From NCBI GenBank assembly GCA_964537615.1, contig CAZIBX010000001.1:1929-65928 (forward strand): a DNA stretch of 64,000 bases, written 5' to 3'. Origin of the DNA: an uncultured Pseudomonadales bacterium (GTDB taxonomy: Bacteria; Patescibacteriota; Microgenomatia; UBA1400; PJMF01). Shown piece after piece: positions 17,859 through 27,310 of this stretch; positions within the stretch are counted from its first letter, which is position 1, and every line of letters starts with the position of its first letter. The notes beneath the pieces were generated by a model that was given only the letters and a program-made list of their open reading frames with translations, was not told the origin of the DNA and did not search any database. The position numbers were made by a program, and so were the translations under genes.

Positions 17859-20800
17859 ATGCCCGATTCTTCCAAAACCGGCCAAGGTGGTGTTGTGTTT
17901 TCTGATACCCAAACTCTAGACAGACAGGCACCTCGAGCAGATGGATCTAAATTACCATACGGTTTTGGCAACAACATACGTAAAGTAGAAAACATCAAGC
18001 AACTCGGCACGCCTTTTGCTTTGACTCAAGAAAATGTAACAGATTTACTTGATCAATTCGGTCGCATTATTGATGTTTCTAATTTGGAGTGGATTGGTCA
18101 AGTCGCTGATTTTTATTATCCAATTAAAAATCGAGCAGGAAAAGTTAATTTACCCAGCGTCAACTTTCCTAACGACTTACCTGACTTAAAAGTACAAGAT
18201 CAATATTTATACCCATCGGACTTAATCCGGATACTGACCAGATTAGCTTGGCGTATAGATCATAAATATAACTCCCCAACTTTGATCGGATACCGAGGCG
18301 ATCAAGATGGGTTGCTTTTAATTAACCAGAATTACCGACCGGAAAATGGGGTTGTCGATGAAACGGCTTTGCTCAAAAACACAGCCGAGTTTCAAAAAGT
18401 TTTGGCTAAATTGTTTGAAGATCTTTATCAAGCCATATCTCAACTACCCAAAAATGAACAAGTCGCCGCCAATCCAAAATTAGCCGATGAAGATGAGTCG
18501 CTACCAGTCGCCGACCTCCCCGCCACGGCCGTCACTACTGGTTTAGCTGGCGGGGTAACGGATGCACAGGCCACTGCCCCAGAGGCAGGTGGTGGTGAAC
18601 CCAGCACTACTCAACCTTCTACTCCACCCACCGATCAGCAAACTGCTTCACCCAACGCCAGAGACATTAACCAAATGGCCCAGTGGATCTCGGCCCCCTT
18701 GATTGCCGAATTGTTTGACTTAAACCAAATTGATCCGGGTGAGTACTCCTTGCTGACCGGTGAGATCCGCCTGGAGGCGGCCAACTTAATCAGAAATCTA
18801 AATCTGACCGATCAAGAATGGGAAAATCGAAAACACGACTTGAAATTCAGGGTCGAAATGTTTGAGCGTCTGCGAGCCAAAATCTGGCGCAGCCCAACCT
18901 TCCGGCGTGAGTACCAAATTTTGGTTCAAAACAACCACGGCAAAATTATCGATAACTTCGGACGTAATCTGCAACAAGCCCTGGCTCAAGACGGTCAGAT
19001 CGACAATCCCGATCTCGACCCCGCAACCATCCAAATTGACGGACTGAATCTGGATAACTTGACCACCCAGCTGGACACCCTGGTTATCAGTAGTGGTGAG
19101 AACGCCTCGGCGGTGATAGAAGCCGCCATCGAGCAGATGAGTTCAGCCGAGCTGGCAGCTTTGCTTTTGCCTGATACCGTCATCACCCCGTCTTTGGAAA
19201 GATTTTTTGACCGCCAAAAACTGCATGTAGTCGAGATGTTGAGCCGATACATGGTGGCTAGAAATGTCAAGCTGGCCAGCTTGACTGATCCTACTAGAGC
19301 CAGAACCGGTGCTTTTGATGAAACGACTCGAGAAACCATAAATAACCCCGCCAGTGTCAGAACACATCTAGTAGATACTCTGTTTTCTCCCCGCGGGTTG
19401 GTGGCTGACAACGGAGCGGAGGCGGTGGCAGAGGCTACAGAGGTAAGTGGCAAAAAACACCAAATCCGCCTACTGGAGTACTACCAAAAATTTATCCCTG
19501 TCTGGAAAAACCTAGATCCAGAAGTTCAAAAACAAGCCGTGCTGTTGGCTTATCACGGTGACGGCGGCATGTATAAAAATTATGTCGAGTTAAACTTCAA
19601 TAAAGAAAACGATGGTCAAGTATATCTAGACATTGCTTTGTTTGGCATCAGCATGCCCTGGCACGAACTGATTCGTAAAGCCATCAAACAACAGCGTGAT
19701 TTAACACAGGGTGAAAATCAAGCATTAAATCAAATCGCCACAAACGAAGCCGAGCGACTGAATTTAATCAACGCCACGCAACTGCGCCAGTCTTTTTTGG
19801 TCGATTTCGTGCGTGACTTGCCGGCCGATCAACTGCGAGCCGTTAAAGCTCTGTTGGCCATCAAAGATCTGACCCGGCTAGAACAAGCTTTGGCCGGAGC
19901 GGATGAAGCTAGGCGGGTCGCTATCCTGCAAGCTTTTTATCAACGTCTGGCGGTGGCGGAAAAATTAACAGCTGGGGTAGTTGACCGCGGTGTCAAAGAC
20001 CAACTAGCCGAGAGGTTAAAACAGTTGGGCGATCAGGCCGATGTGGCTGCCCGTCAATTTTTGCCTACTCCGGTAGAAGGCGCGCCGGCCCCCAGCCGGT
20101 CAGAGGTGGTGACATATATCCAAACCCAAGTGGTGGAAATCACCGTTGTGGAAGAAGTGGTTGAGCCCCTGATAGTCGAGGTGGGTGAAGACGGAGAGCC
20201 CGGTTTTGACTCGGCCAGCGTCGATGATTTATCTCAAGCTACAGATGAAGCTCAAGCCATGGGAGAACAGGCCCCGGCCGGAAGTGGACGCAATAGATTG
20301 AAGAATTTAGTCAAAAGATCCAAACCCTGGCAAAAAGGCTCGGCTCTGAAAAAGAAAGCCATGGAAAAGATGGGCAAAAAAGCCCTGGATTTTGCCGCCA
20401 AAAAAGGCCTGACCACGGCGGTAGGAGCTGCATCTGGGCCAGTGGGTTGGGCGTTGACGGCCGCCATGCTGGCCAAAGACGCAGCTAAGTTTCTCAAAGA
20501 CCCCAAAAATCGCAAGAAAATTGGCTTTATCATTGCCGGCCTGGGTGGGGGGTTAGCTCTGCTTTTAAGTAAACTGCTCAATATGCTGGCTCAAGCCGCC
20601 TGGATTACTGGTGGATTGATTGGGGCTGGTATTGGTTTTGCTGTCGGTGGGCCAATCGGCGCAGTTATAGGTGCTGGCATCGGGGCTGGTGCCGGCTACT
20701 TGCTTGGTCAGGGCGTTTTTGGGGGCGGAGGCGGAGCGGGTGCGGTTGCTTCCAGTGGACTGGTTTCACCCGCTACTACCGGCGCCACCACCGGATCTGG

Positions 20801-21920
20801 CGCTGTAGCCGGCGGATCACTGTCACCGGCAGCTGCCGGAGGCGGTGGGTTAATTTTAGCCAGTGCCGGATCAGGAGCGGGGGCGGCCGCAGCCGGAGGT
20901 GGTCTGTTGGCTATGGGCACAGCTACACTCATTCCTTTATTTACTATCCTGGGCATGATGCTTTTGACTATTTACACCGTATTTGTGATCTTTGCTTCAT
21001 TTTTGGCTCCTCTGCCGGTCGGTGATCCCACTAGCCGGAATGTCAGAAGTAGTGAGTATGTGACTTTGACCAAGTCGGCCGAGCCCAAAAAACTAGCCAA
21101 CAATCAAACCGCCACGATCAACTATGTGATTACTATCAGGCCCAAACCAGGTTATAAAATTGCTTTGACAGACTTGACAGATAGCGCCAACAACAACGGC
21201 TGGGAGTTTCTGTCCAACAACCCGACTAACCGCCAAAACCCCGTTATTACCCCCACAGATAATCTGGTGTCGATCAACAACTTCCCGCCCGAGCCATTTG
21301 GTAACTTGGTCAGTCATAGCTACGATGTGACGATGGAAGGTGGAGTTGATGTTTTGGTCAGAAATAAAGTCGAGATCACCTACAACGTGCTGGATCGCGC
21401 CGGACAAACCGTCCAAACTGGTCAAAAGTTAAGCACTGCCGCCGGCGTAGTGATCGGCGACCCCAAAGTTTCCTGCTGGCCTACCTCCGGAACCATCACT
21501 CAACTACCAGACGGCTCGTGGTCACATAATAACATTATGGCTTATGACATCGCTGCCCCGATGGGTACCAAGGTTTACGCCCCAATTACAGGCACAGTTT
21601 ACCGCAAAGAAGAACGCTCCGGCCGATCATACGCCGGGTATGGTTTATATGTAGAGTTGGAGTTTGAACTGGACAACAATCGTGGCGGACGTTTAATTTT
21701 TGGCCATTTGAGCTCGGTGCCGACCAACATTACTAGATCTGGCACCAGTGTTAATAGCGGTGATGTTATCGGCCGAGTCGGTAGCACCGGCAACTCGACT
21801 GGTAGCCACTTACACTACGAACTACGTCCTTGGGCTGGACACACGCCCTTGTCTGACTTTTTGCCCGATCTGATTTCTGAAAAACCCAGTTTAAACGATA
21901 AGGTTTATACTTGTTTTTAA
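17859..21920 (+). CDS. 1353-aa membrane protein: helical N-terminal region, Gly-zipper TM region, C-terminal M23 peptidase
   Basis: GGLIGAGIGFAVGGPIGAVIGAGIG zipper; C-terminal HNNIMAYDIAAPMGT..YG..FGHL..GNSTGSHLHYE M23 zinc motifs. Confidence 0.8.
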   Translation: MPDSSKTGQGGVVFSDTQTLDRQAPRADGSKLPYGFGNNIRKVENIKQLGTPFALTQENVTDLLDQFGRIIDVSNLEWIGQVADFYYPIKNRAGKVNLPSVNFPNDLPDLKVQDQYLYPSDLIRILTRLAWRIDHKYNSPTLIGYRGDQDGLLLINQNYRPENGVVDETALLKNTAEFQKVLAKLFEDLYQAISQLPKNEQVAANPKLADEDESLPVADLPATAVTTGLAGGVTDAQATAPEAGGGEPSTTQPSTPPTDQQTASPNARDINQMAQWISAPLIAELFDLNQIDPGEYSLLTGEIRLEAANLIRNLNLTDQEWENRKHDLKFRVEMFERLRAKIWRSPTFRREYQILVQNNHGKIIDNFGRNLQQALAQDGQIDNPDLDPATIQIDGLNLDNLTTQLDTLVISSGENASAVIEAAIEQMSSAELAALLLPDTVITPSLERFFDRQKLHVVEMLSRYMVARNVKLASLTDPTRARTGAFDETTRETINNPASVRTHLVDTLFSPRGLVADNGAEAVAEATEVSGKKHQIRLLEYYQKFIPVWKNLDPEVQKQAVLLAYHGDGGMYKNYVELNFNKENDGQVYLDIALFGISMPWHELIRKAIKQQRDLTQGENQALNQIATNEAERLNLINATQLRQSFLVDFVRDLPADQLRAVKALLAIKDLTRLEQALAGADEARRVAILQAFYQRLAVAEKLTAGVVDRGVKDQLAERLKQLGDQADVAARQFLPTPVEGAPAPSRSEVVTYIQTQVVEITVVEEVVEPLIVEVGEDGEPGFDSASVDDLSQATDEAQAMGEQAPAGSGRNRLKNLVKRSKPWQKGSALKKKAMEKMGKKALDFAAKKGLTTAVGAASGPVGWALTAAMLAKDAAKFLKDPKNRKKIGFIIAGLGGGLALLLSKLLNMLAQAAWITGGLIGAGIGFAVGGPIGAVIGAGIGAGAGYLLGQGVFGGGGGAGAVASSGLVSPATTGATTGSGAVAGGSLSPAAAGGGGLILASAGSGAGAAAAGGGLLAMGTATLIPLFTILGMMLLTIYTVFVIFASFLAPLPVGDPTSRNVRSSEYVTLTKSAEPKKLANNQTATINYVITIRPKPGYKIALTDLTDSANNNGWEFLSNNPTNRQNPVITPTDNLVSINNFPPEPFGNLVSHSYDVTMEGGVDVLVRNKVEITYNVLDRAGQTVQTGQKLSTAAGVVIGDPKVSCWPTSGTITQLPDGSWSHNNIMAYDIAAPMGTKVYAPITGTVYRKEERSGRSYAGYGLYVELEFELDNNRGGRLIFGHLSSVPTNITRSGTSVNSGDVIGRVGSTGNSTGSHLHYELRPWAGHTPLSDFLPDLISEKPSLNDKVYTCF

Positions 21921-21924
21921 CACC

Positions 21925-22926
21925 ATGCCCACTCCAGATCACCAAACCACCATTCCCAACCCCAACCGTTCCAAATATAGACTGATAATTGTTCTGGTGA
22001 TTGTGGTTATAGTCATAGTTATGCTGAAAATTTTTACTCCAGCCACACCGATTACCAAGGGGCCATTGACTCAACAAAACTTCGACGGTAGTAGCAGTAG
22101 TTTTAAACTCAAGTTTGTGGGTAACCAACCGGAGTTTCCTGGTGACTTGCCCATCGGTCACGTGGTGGTCGAAAGCGTCAGTCAAGCCGAGTTGCTCGCC
22201 CCACTCATCAATCAATATCAGCTCCAGCCCGAGCCGGGCGACCCTCTGGTCTGGACCGGCCCTGACTATGTTTTGGTCAAAGATGAGGGCTCCGGCATGT
22301 ACACTTTGGCCACTCAACTCCTAGCAGAGCGTAGTTCGACCATAAATGAAACTGAAATCATAACCCAAGCTGAAAACCTGGCCCAAAAACTGTTTCCTGA
22401 CACCCATCTCAAAGTTGTTCCATCAGACACCAGATACCTGGCTGGCAGTGAAGAACAAAAAGAAGTCGGGCTGGCCCAAGCCGAGGTGATTGAGTTGGTT
22501 CTCGCCCCCACCATGAGCAATTATCCTGTGATGATCAAAAACAACAGTCAAAGTTTGGTACAGATGACATTTGATAGTAGCCAAAAATTAATTAAACTCA
22601 ACTTTCTGCCAGAAGTGGCTGGATTGAGTTACTCACCTGGTATGGGTCAAGAGTTCAAGGTCATTAAAATCGATCAAGCGGTCGCCAATACCAACCGCGG
22701 CGACGGGGCGATTATCAGCGCTGATAGTCGGCAGGTTACAAGACTTAATCTCAACTCCAAAATAACGGGAAATCTTAATCGAGTGGAAATCGAGTATAGA
22801 AGCAATGATGCTCAACAGCTTTTGCCCTACTATCGTTTCTCTGGGTTATTACAATTGGATGGCTTGGAGTTTACAGCCGACATTATCACCCCAGCCATTG
22901 ATCTTGACACCATACCTGACTCATAA
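21925..22926 (+). CDS. Hypothetical membrane-anchored extracytoplasmic protein
   Basis: Single N-terminal TM helix; tight spacing within the T4SS-like operon. Confidence 0.75.
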   Translation: MPTPDHQTTIPNPNRSKYRLIIVLVIVVIVIVMLKIFTPATPITKGPLTQQNFDGSSSSFKLKFVGNQPEFPGDLPIGHVVVESVSQAELLAPLINQYQLQPEPGDPLVWTGPDYVLVKDEGSGMYTLATQLLAERSSTINETEIITQAENLAQKLFPDTHLKVVPSDTRYLAGSEEQKEVGLAQAEVIELVLAPTMSNYPVMIKNNSQSLVQMTFDSSQKLIKLNFLPEVAGLSYSPGMGQEFKVIKIDQAVANTNRGDGAIISADSRQVTRLNLNSKITGNLNRVEIEYRSNDAQQLLPYYRFSGLLQLDGLEFTADIITPAIDLDTIPDS

Positions 22927-22941
22927 TCACTCTCACTGCCC

Positions 22942-24192
22942 ATGAAAGACCACCCCATCCCCCAAGACGTCACCGGTTATAAGTTTCATATCGTAGGTAA
23001 CATGACACTCAAGCAGTTTGGTTTGATTGTTTTTGGCGTGATTGTGGCCTTTATTATTTATCAACTGAAGTTACCGGCTTTAATCGGCTGGCCGTTTATC
23101 GTGATTTTTGCCGGCGGTGGTCTGCTGGCAGCGTTTATTCCGATTGAAGAAAGGCCACTGGATCACTGGATTTTAACTTTTATCAAAACACTCTACCGAC
23201 CCACCCAATTTTTCTGGCGCCGGGAACCCCATGTGCCAGCTGTGTTTGACTATGTGGCCAACAATAATCAAAACACCCCCCCTCCGACCGATTTGGCCCC
23301 GGCCAAAAGAGCACGGATTCATGACTATCTCAACTCACTCCATGACCCAGGAGATAATTCGGAAACAGATGAACACAGCCCCCAACTGGCCCAGATTTTG
23401 GCTAACTTTCACTCATCTCCTGATCCAGTTAATCAGACAGCGGATACTGCCCCTCCACCTAGTATGACGGTCAAAGTCAGGGCTCTGGCCCCCAATCCGG
23501 AAGACCAAACCAACCCGGAGAAAATGCCTGTTAGTGCCACCACCACCATCGTGGACTTTTCAGCTGCGACACAAACGACATCAGAACCGTTGATTGCTCC
23601 AGAACCACTAATGACTCCAGAGCTAACAATAACCCCAATACCACCAGCCAACCCAGAGCCAGAAGTCGACCGGACCATTTCCCAAGCCGCCAGCACAGTC
23701 CAACTACCCACTCAAACTATCACAGCCATTGATCACTCCGATCAAATCCAGAATGTGAACGAAAGCCCAATCCTACAACCCCAGCTGGAATCTACGCCAG
23801 TCACTCCGCCTGACCCAACTCCACCCAAGCCAGACAACACCAACACCATTTCCAGCATCACGCCAGAATCACTAGCTGAAAACACCCAAGTCGCTCAACA
23901 ACCAGACAACCTCCCCTTTCCTTCTGCGCCCAGCCAACCCAATGTAGTGGTGGGTATGGTGGTTAATCAAAAGCAAGAATTACTGCCAGGAGCTATAATA
24001 GAAGTGGCTCTAAACAGTGGCCAAGTCGTCAGGGTAGTACGCACCAATGCTTTGGGCCAATTCTTTGTGACTACACCATTACCAAATGGTAGTTATGTCC
24101 TGCGGGCAGAAGTGGACGGGCTACAGTTTGCCCCCCAAAGTCTTGAGGTAATTGGTCAAACAATTGCTCCAATTTTATTCACCGCCAGTTGA
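22942..24192 (+). CDS. PrgI-family protein with Pro-rich linker and C-terminal carboxypeptidase-regulatory-like beta domain
   Basis: HPIPQDVTGYKFHIVGNMTLKQF, two TM helices, ERPLDHW; C-terminal GMVVNQKQELLPGAIIEV..TNALGQF..LPNGSY. Confidence 0.8.
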   Translation: MKDHPIPQDVTGYKFHIVGNMTLKQFGLIVFGVIVAFIIYQLKLPALIGWPFIVIFAGGGLLAAFIPIEERPLDHWILTFIKTLYRPTQFFWRREPHVPAVFDYVANNNQNTPPPTDLAPAKRARIHDYLNSLHDPGDNSETDEHSPQLAQILANFHSSPDPVNQTADTAPPPSMTVKVRALAPNPEDQTNPEKMPVSATTTIVDFSAATQTTSEPLIAPEPLMTPELTITPIPPANPEPEVDRTISQAASTVQLPTQTITAIDHSDQIQNVNESPILQPQLESTPVTPPDPTPPKPDNTNTISSITPESLAENTQVAQQPDNLPFPSAPSQPNVVVGMVVNQKQELLPGAIIEVALNSGQVVRVVRTNALGQFFVTTPLPNGSYVLRAEVDGLQFAPQSLEVIGQTIAPILFTAS

Positions 24193-24277
24193 AACTAGCC
24201 AGAATACAGTTTGTCGCCCGCACCAGTTAATAAGTAGCGATAACCGGTTGAAGCAGAAGGTTGAATCCTGTATTCTT

Positions 24278-25135
24278 ATGGTTGTTATGCCTGCCAGCAA
24301 CGTTTTGCACTCGACTACCCAGCATTTTTTGGATATTTATGACATCACCAACGACGTGGTGATGATTAAAAACGGCACGGTGTCTTTGATTTTGACCGTT
24401 GATGCTATGAACTTTGGGCTACTGGCCGATGAAGAACAAGACGGGGTGATGTATGCGTATGCCGGACTACTTAACTCTCTCAACTACCCCATCCAAATCC
24501 TGGTCCAGTCTCAAACCAAAGATGTGACCAATTATCTGCGACTACTCCAACAACAAGAAGAACAAACCCCCAATCCACTGATGCGCAAAAGAATCAGAAC
24601 ATACCGAGAGTTTGTGGCTAACTTAATCCACGAACGCAACGTATTGGATAAAAGATTTTATGTAGTTATCCCAGCTTCACCTCTAGAATTGGGGTTTTTG
24701 TCAGCCGGAGGCCTGGTGCCTGGTAGTAAACCATTTGATATCAGCTCTGTAGAAAAAAGCGTGGTGCTGGAAAAAGCCCTCAACATTCTTGAACCTCGCC
24801 GCGATCATCTCATTTCTCAATTTGCCCGCATCGGTCTTTTTTCTGAACAACTCAAAACACAGGATATCATTCAGTTGTTTTATCTCAACTACAACCCAGA
24901 AGCATCAGAGGGTCAAAAAATTACTGACAGCAAAAATTACACCTCGCCCCTGGTTCATGCCGCTTTAAGAGAAAAAATCGTGCAGGGTAGTCAACCAGAT
25001 GTGACCCCACCTGTACCTCCCGCTCCCACTCCACCCCTTACCCCACCAATCGAACCAATCCAGACCACCACACCAACCACACCAACTCAACCTAATCCTA
25101 TAACGCCAACCAACCCAGTCGCCAGCCCCACTTAA
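24278..25135 (+). CDS. T4SS-associated protein resembling the VirB4/TraC N-terminal region
   Basis: TTQHFLDIYDI..MNFGLLADEEQD..LLNSLNYPIQI..KRFYVVIP; lies between prgI and virB4. Start could be 24278 or 24287. Confidence 0.65.
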   Translation: MVVMPASNVLHSTTQHFLDIYDITNDVVMIKNGTVSLILTVDAMNFGLLADEEQDGVMYAYAGLLNSLNYPIQILVQSQTKDVTNYLRLLQQQEEQTPNPLMRKRIRTYREFVANLIHERNVLDKRFYVVIPASPLELGFLSAGGLVPGSKPFDISSVEKSVVLEKALNILEPRRDHLISQFARIGLFSEQLKTQDIIQLFYLNYNPEASEGQKITDSKNYTSPLVHAALREKIVQGSQPDVTPPVPPAPTPPLTPPIEPIQTTTPTTPTQPNPITPTNPVASPT

Positions 25136-25138
25136 ACC

Positions 25139-27178
25139 ATGCCCAACTCACTACTTGCTTCACTACCGTTTTTTAGCAAAAAACCCTCTCCCACCGATCA
25201 GGACAAGGCCAAAGAGCTGGAGTTGGAAAAACTTAAAGAGTTTTCGCGGGGGCTGGTCACTATTCAGGACATCATTGCGCCAGAAGCTATCGAGGTAGAC
25301 TTCACCTTTCAAAAAATTAACTCTACTTATACCAGGACTTTATTTGTGGCCGGCTACCCCAGGTCGGTTCCTGCCAACTGGTTGTCACCCCTGATTAACT
25401 TCCCCCACCAAATCTCGGTCGGGATGTTTATTTATCCTGTTGATTCCACCGAAGTCCTAGATAACTTAAAACGCAAAATTACCGAGATGGAGGCAGAAAT
25501 TCAATCAGATCTACGCGCAGGTAAAATCAGCAACATCAACACGGAAATCAAACTGGAAGATGCCCGCTTCATCAGAGAAGATTTGGCCAAAGGCAGCGAG
25601 CGATTTTTCCAGTTCGGGCTATACGTCACCATCACCGCCACCAGCAAAGAAGAGTTGGACAGAGTAACCAAAGCCATCCAGTCGTCGCTAGGATCACTGC
25701 TGATCGTGTCTAAAAAAGCTACCCTGCAGATGGACGAGGGCTTCAAAACTACTCTGCCCATGGGGGTAGATAAACTGATTATCACCCGCAACATGGACAC
25801 CACCAGTTTGGCCACCACCTTTCCCTTCACTTCGTCTGAACTGGCCATGGACACCGGTATCGTTTATGGCATCAACGAACACAACGACTCGCTGGTGATT
25901 TTTGACCGCTTCAAGATGGAAAATGCCAACATGGTAATTTTTGCCAAATCGGGTGCTGGCAAGTCTTATACCGTCAAACTGGAGGTTTTGCGTCAACTGA
26001 TGTTTGGCTGTGAAATTATCGTCATGGATCCGGAACACGAGTATGAGGATTTGTGTAAAGCTGTGGGGGGCGAATACATCAACTTTACTTTTGGTTCGAC
26101 CGCCAAAATCAACCCCTTTGACCTATCCGCTCTATATGAAGAGGGTGAAAACGAACTGGGTCAAAAAATTATTTCCATCCACGGCTTGCTCAAAGTTATG
26201 TTGGGAGCCATGACTCCCCAGCAAGATGCCATTCTCGACCGAGCTTTGGTGGCTGCCTATAAAGCCAAGGGTATCACGCCAGATCCAGCTACCCAAACCA
26301 ACGAACCACCCTTGATGGAAGATGTGTATAAAGCTTTAATCGGTATGGAAAACAAAGAAGCCGACGACATCGCGGCTCGGCTGGAAAAGTTCATCACCGG
26401 CTCTTTCCGGGGAATTTTTGACCAAAAATCCAACATCGATATTAAAAACCAACTGACTGTTTTTTCCGTCAAAGAAATGGAAGAGGAAATGCGACCGATC
26501 GCCATGTATGTCATCCTGGACTTCATCTGGACTCGGGTGAAGAAAGATCTTAAAAAACGCATACTGGTGATTGATGAAGCCTGGTATTTTATGAAACACG
26601 CCGACTCGGCATCGTTTATTTACTCTATGGTCAAAAGGGCCCGTAAATACTACCTGGGCATCACCACCATTACTCAAGATGTAGAGGATTTTTTGCGCAA
26701 CGATTATGGTAAAGCCATCGTCACCAACGCCTCGATTCAATTTTTGATGAAACAGTCCTCTGCCTCAATTCCGGTTTTGGCCGAAACTTTCTTTTTATCT
26801 CAAGGAGAGCGCCAGTTGTTGGTGACTTCAGAAGTCGGTGAAGGTGTATTTTTTGCCGGTCAAAATCACGTGGCGATTAAAGTAGTAGCCAGCGACGAAG
26901 AACACTCGCTCATTACTACCAATCCAGAGGAATTGATGAAGCGCAAAGCAGATTTGGCTCAACAAACCAGTGTCAATCCCGCTCCCGCCAATCTGTCGTT
27001 TGCCCAAATTGAGTCCGGAATTACAACTCCCCCACCGGTTAATTTACCAGAACCACCAACCAATCCCAACCCAACTCCCACCATAATACAGAACACCCCG
27101 TCCCCAACTACTGTTCCGCAAGCTTACCAAGCCCCTACCATTGCTGACTACACCCCACCCAAACCTGGTACTTTTTAA
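25139..27178 (+). CDS. virB4: VirB4-family T4SS ATPase
   Basis: Walker A AKSGAGKS, MDPEHEY, INPFD, Walker B ILVIDEAW, RARKY, ITQDVEDF. Confidence 0.9.
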   Translation: MPNSLLASLPFFSKKPSPTDQDKAKELELEKLKEFSRGLVTIQDIIAPEAIEVDFTFQKINSTYTRTLFVAGYPRSVPANWLSPLINFPHQISVGMFIYPVDSTEVLDNLKRKITEMEAEIQSDLRAGKISNINTEIKLEDARFIREDLAKGSERFFQFGLYVTITATSKEELDRVTKAIQSSLGSLLIVSKKATLQMDEGFKTTLPMGVDKLIITRNMDTTSLATTFPFTSSELAMDTGIVYGINEHNDSLVIFDRFKMENANMVIFAKSGAGKSYTVKLEVLRQLMFGCEIIVMDPEHEYEDLCKAVGGEYINFTFGSTAKINPFDLSALYEEGENELGQKIISIHGLLKVMLGAMTPQQDAILDRALVAAYKAKGITPDPATQTNEPPLMEDVYKALIGMENKEADDIAARLEKFITGSFRGIFDQKSNIDIKNQLTVFSVKEMEEEMRPIAMYVILDFIWTRVKKDLKKRILVIDEAWYFMKHADSASFIYSMVKRARKYYLGITTITQDVEDFLRNDYGKAIVTNASIQFLMKQSSASIPVLAETFFLSQGERQLLVTSEVGEGVFFAGQNHVAIKVVASDEEHSLITTNPEELMKRKADLAQQTSVNPAPANLSFAQIESGITTPPPVNLPEPPTNPNPTPTIIQNTPSPTTVPQAYQAPTIADYTPPKPGTF

Positions 27179-27216
27179 CAATCGCTTTGAATCCGTCTTT
27201 TTTTCCTCTTGCCAAT

Positions 27217-27299
27217 TGTGGGAAACACTGTGTATAAACCAGTTCTGATTGCTCAACTGTCCGTTTGTATATTAAGATAGGTGTTTTAACCTATACACA
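27217..27299. promoter_or_regulatory. DnaA-box-like sites upstream of dnaA
   Basis: TGTGGGAAA 27217, TGTGTATAA 27229, CTATACACA near 27291. Confidence 0.6.
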
Positions 27300-27310
27300 G
27301 GTATATTTTA

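Noticed and set aside
1567-27178. Integrative conjugative element or plasmid
   Set aside because: No relaxase, integrase or att repeats recognised; contiguous with dnaA and core genes.
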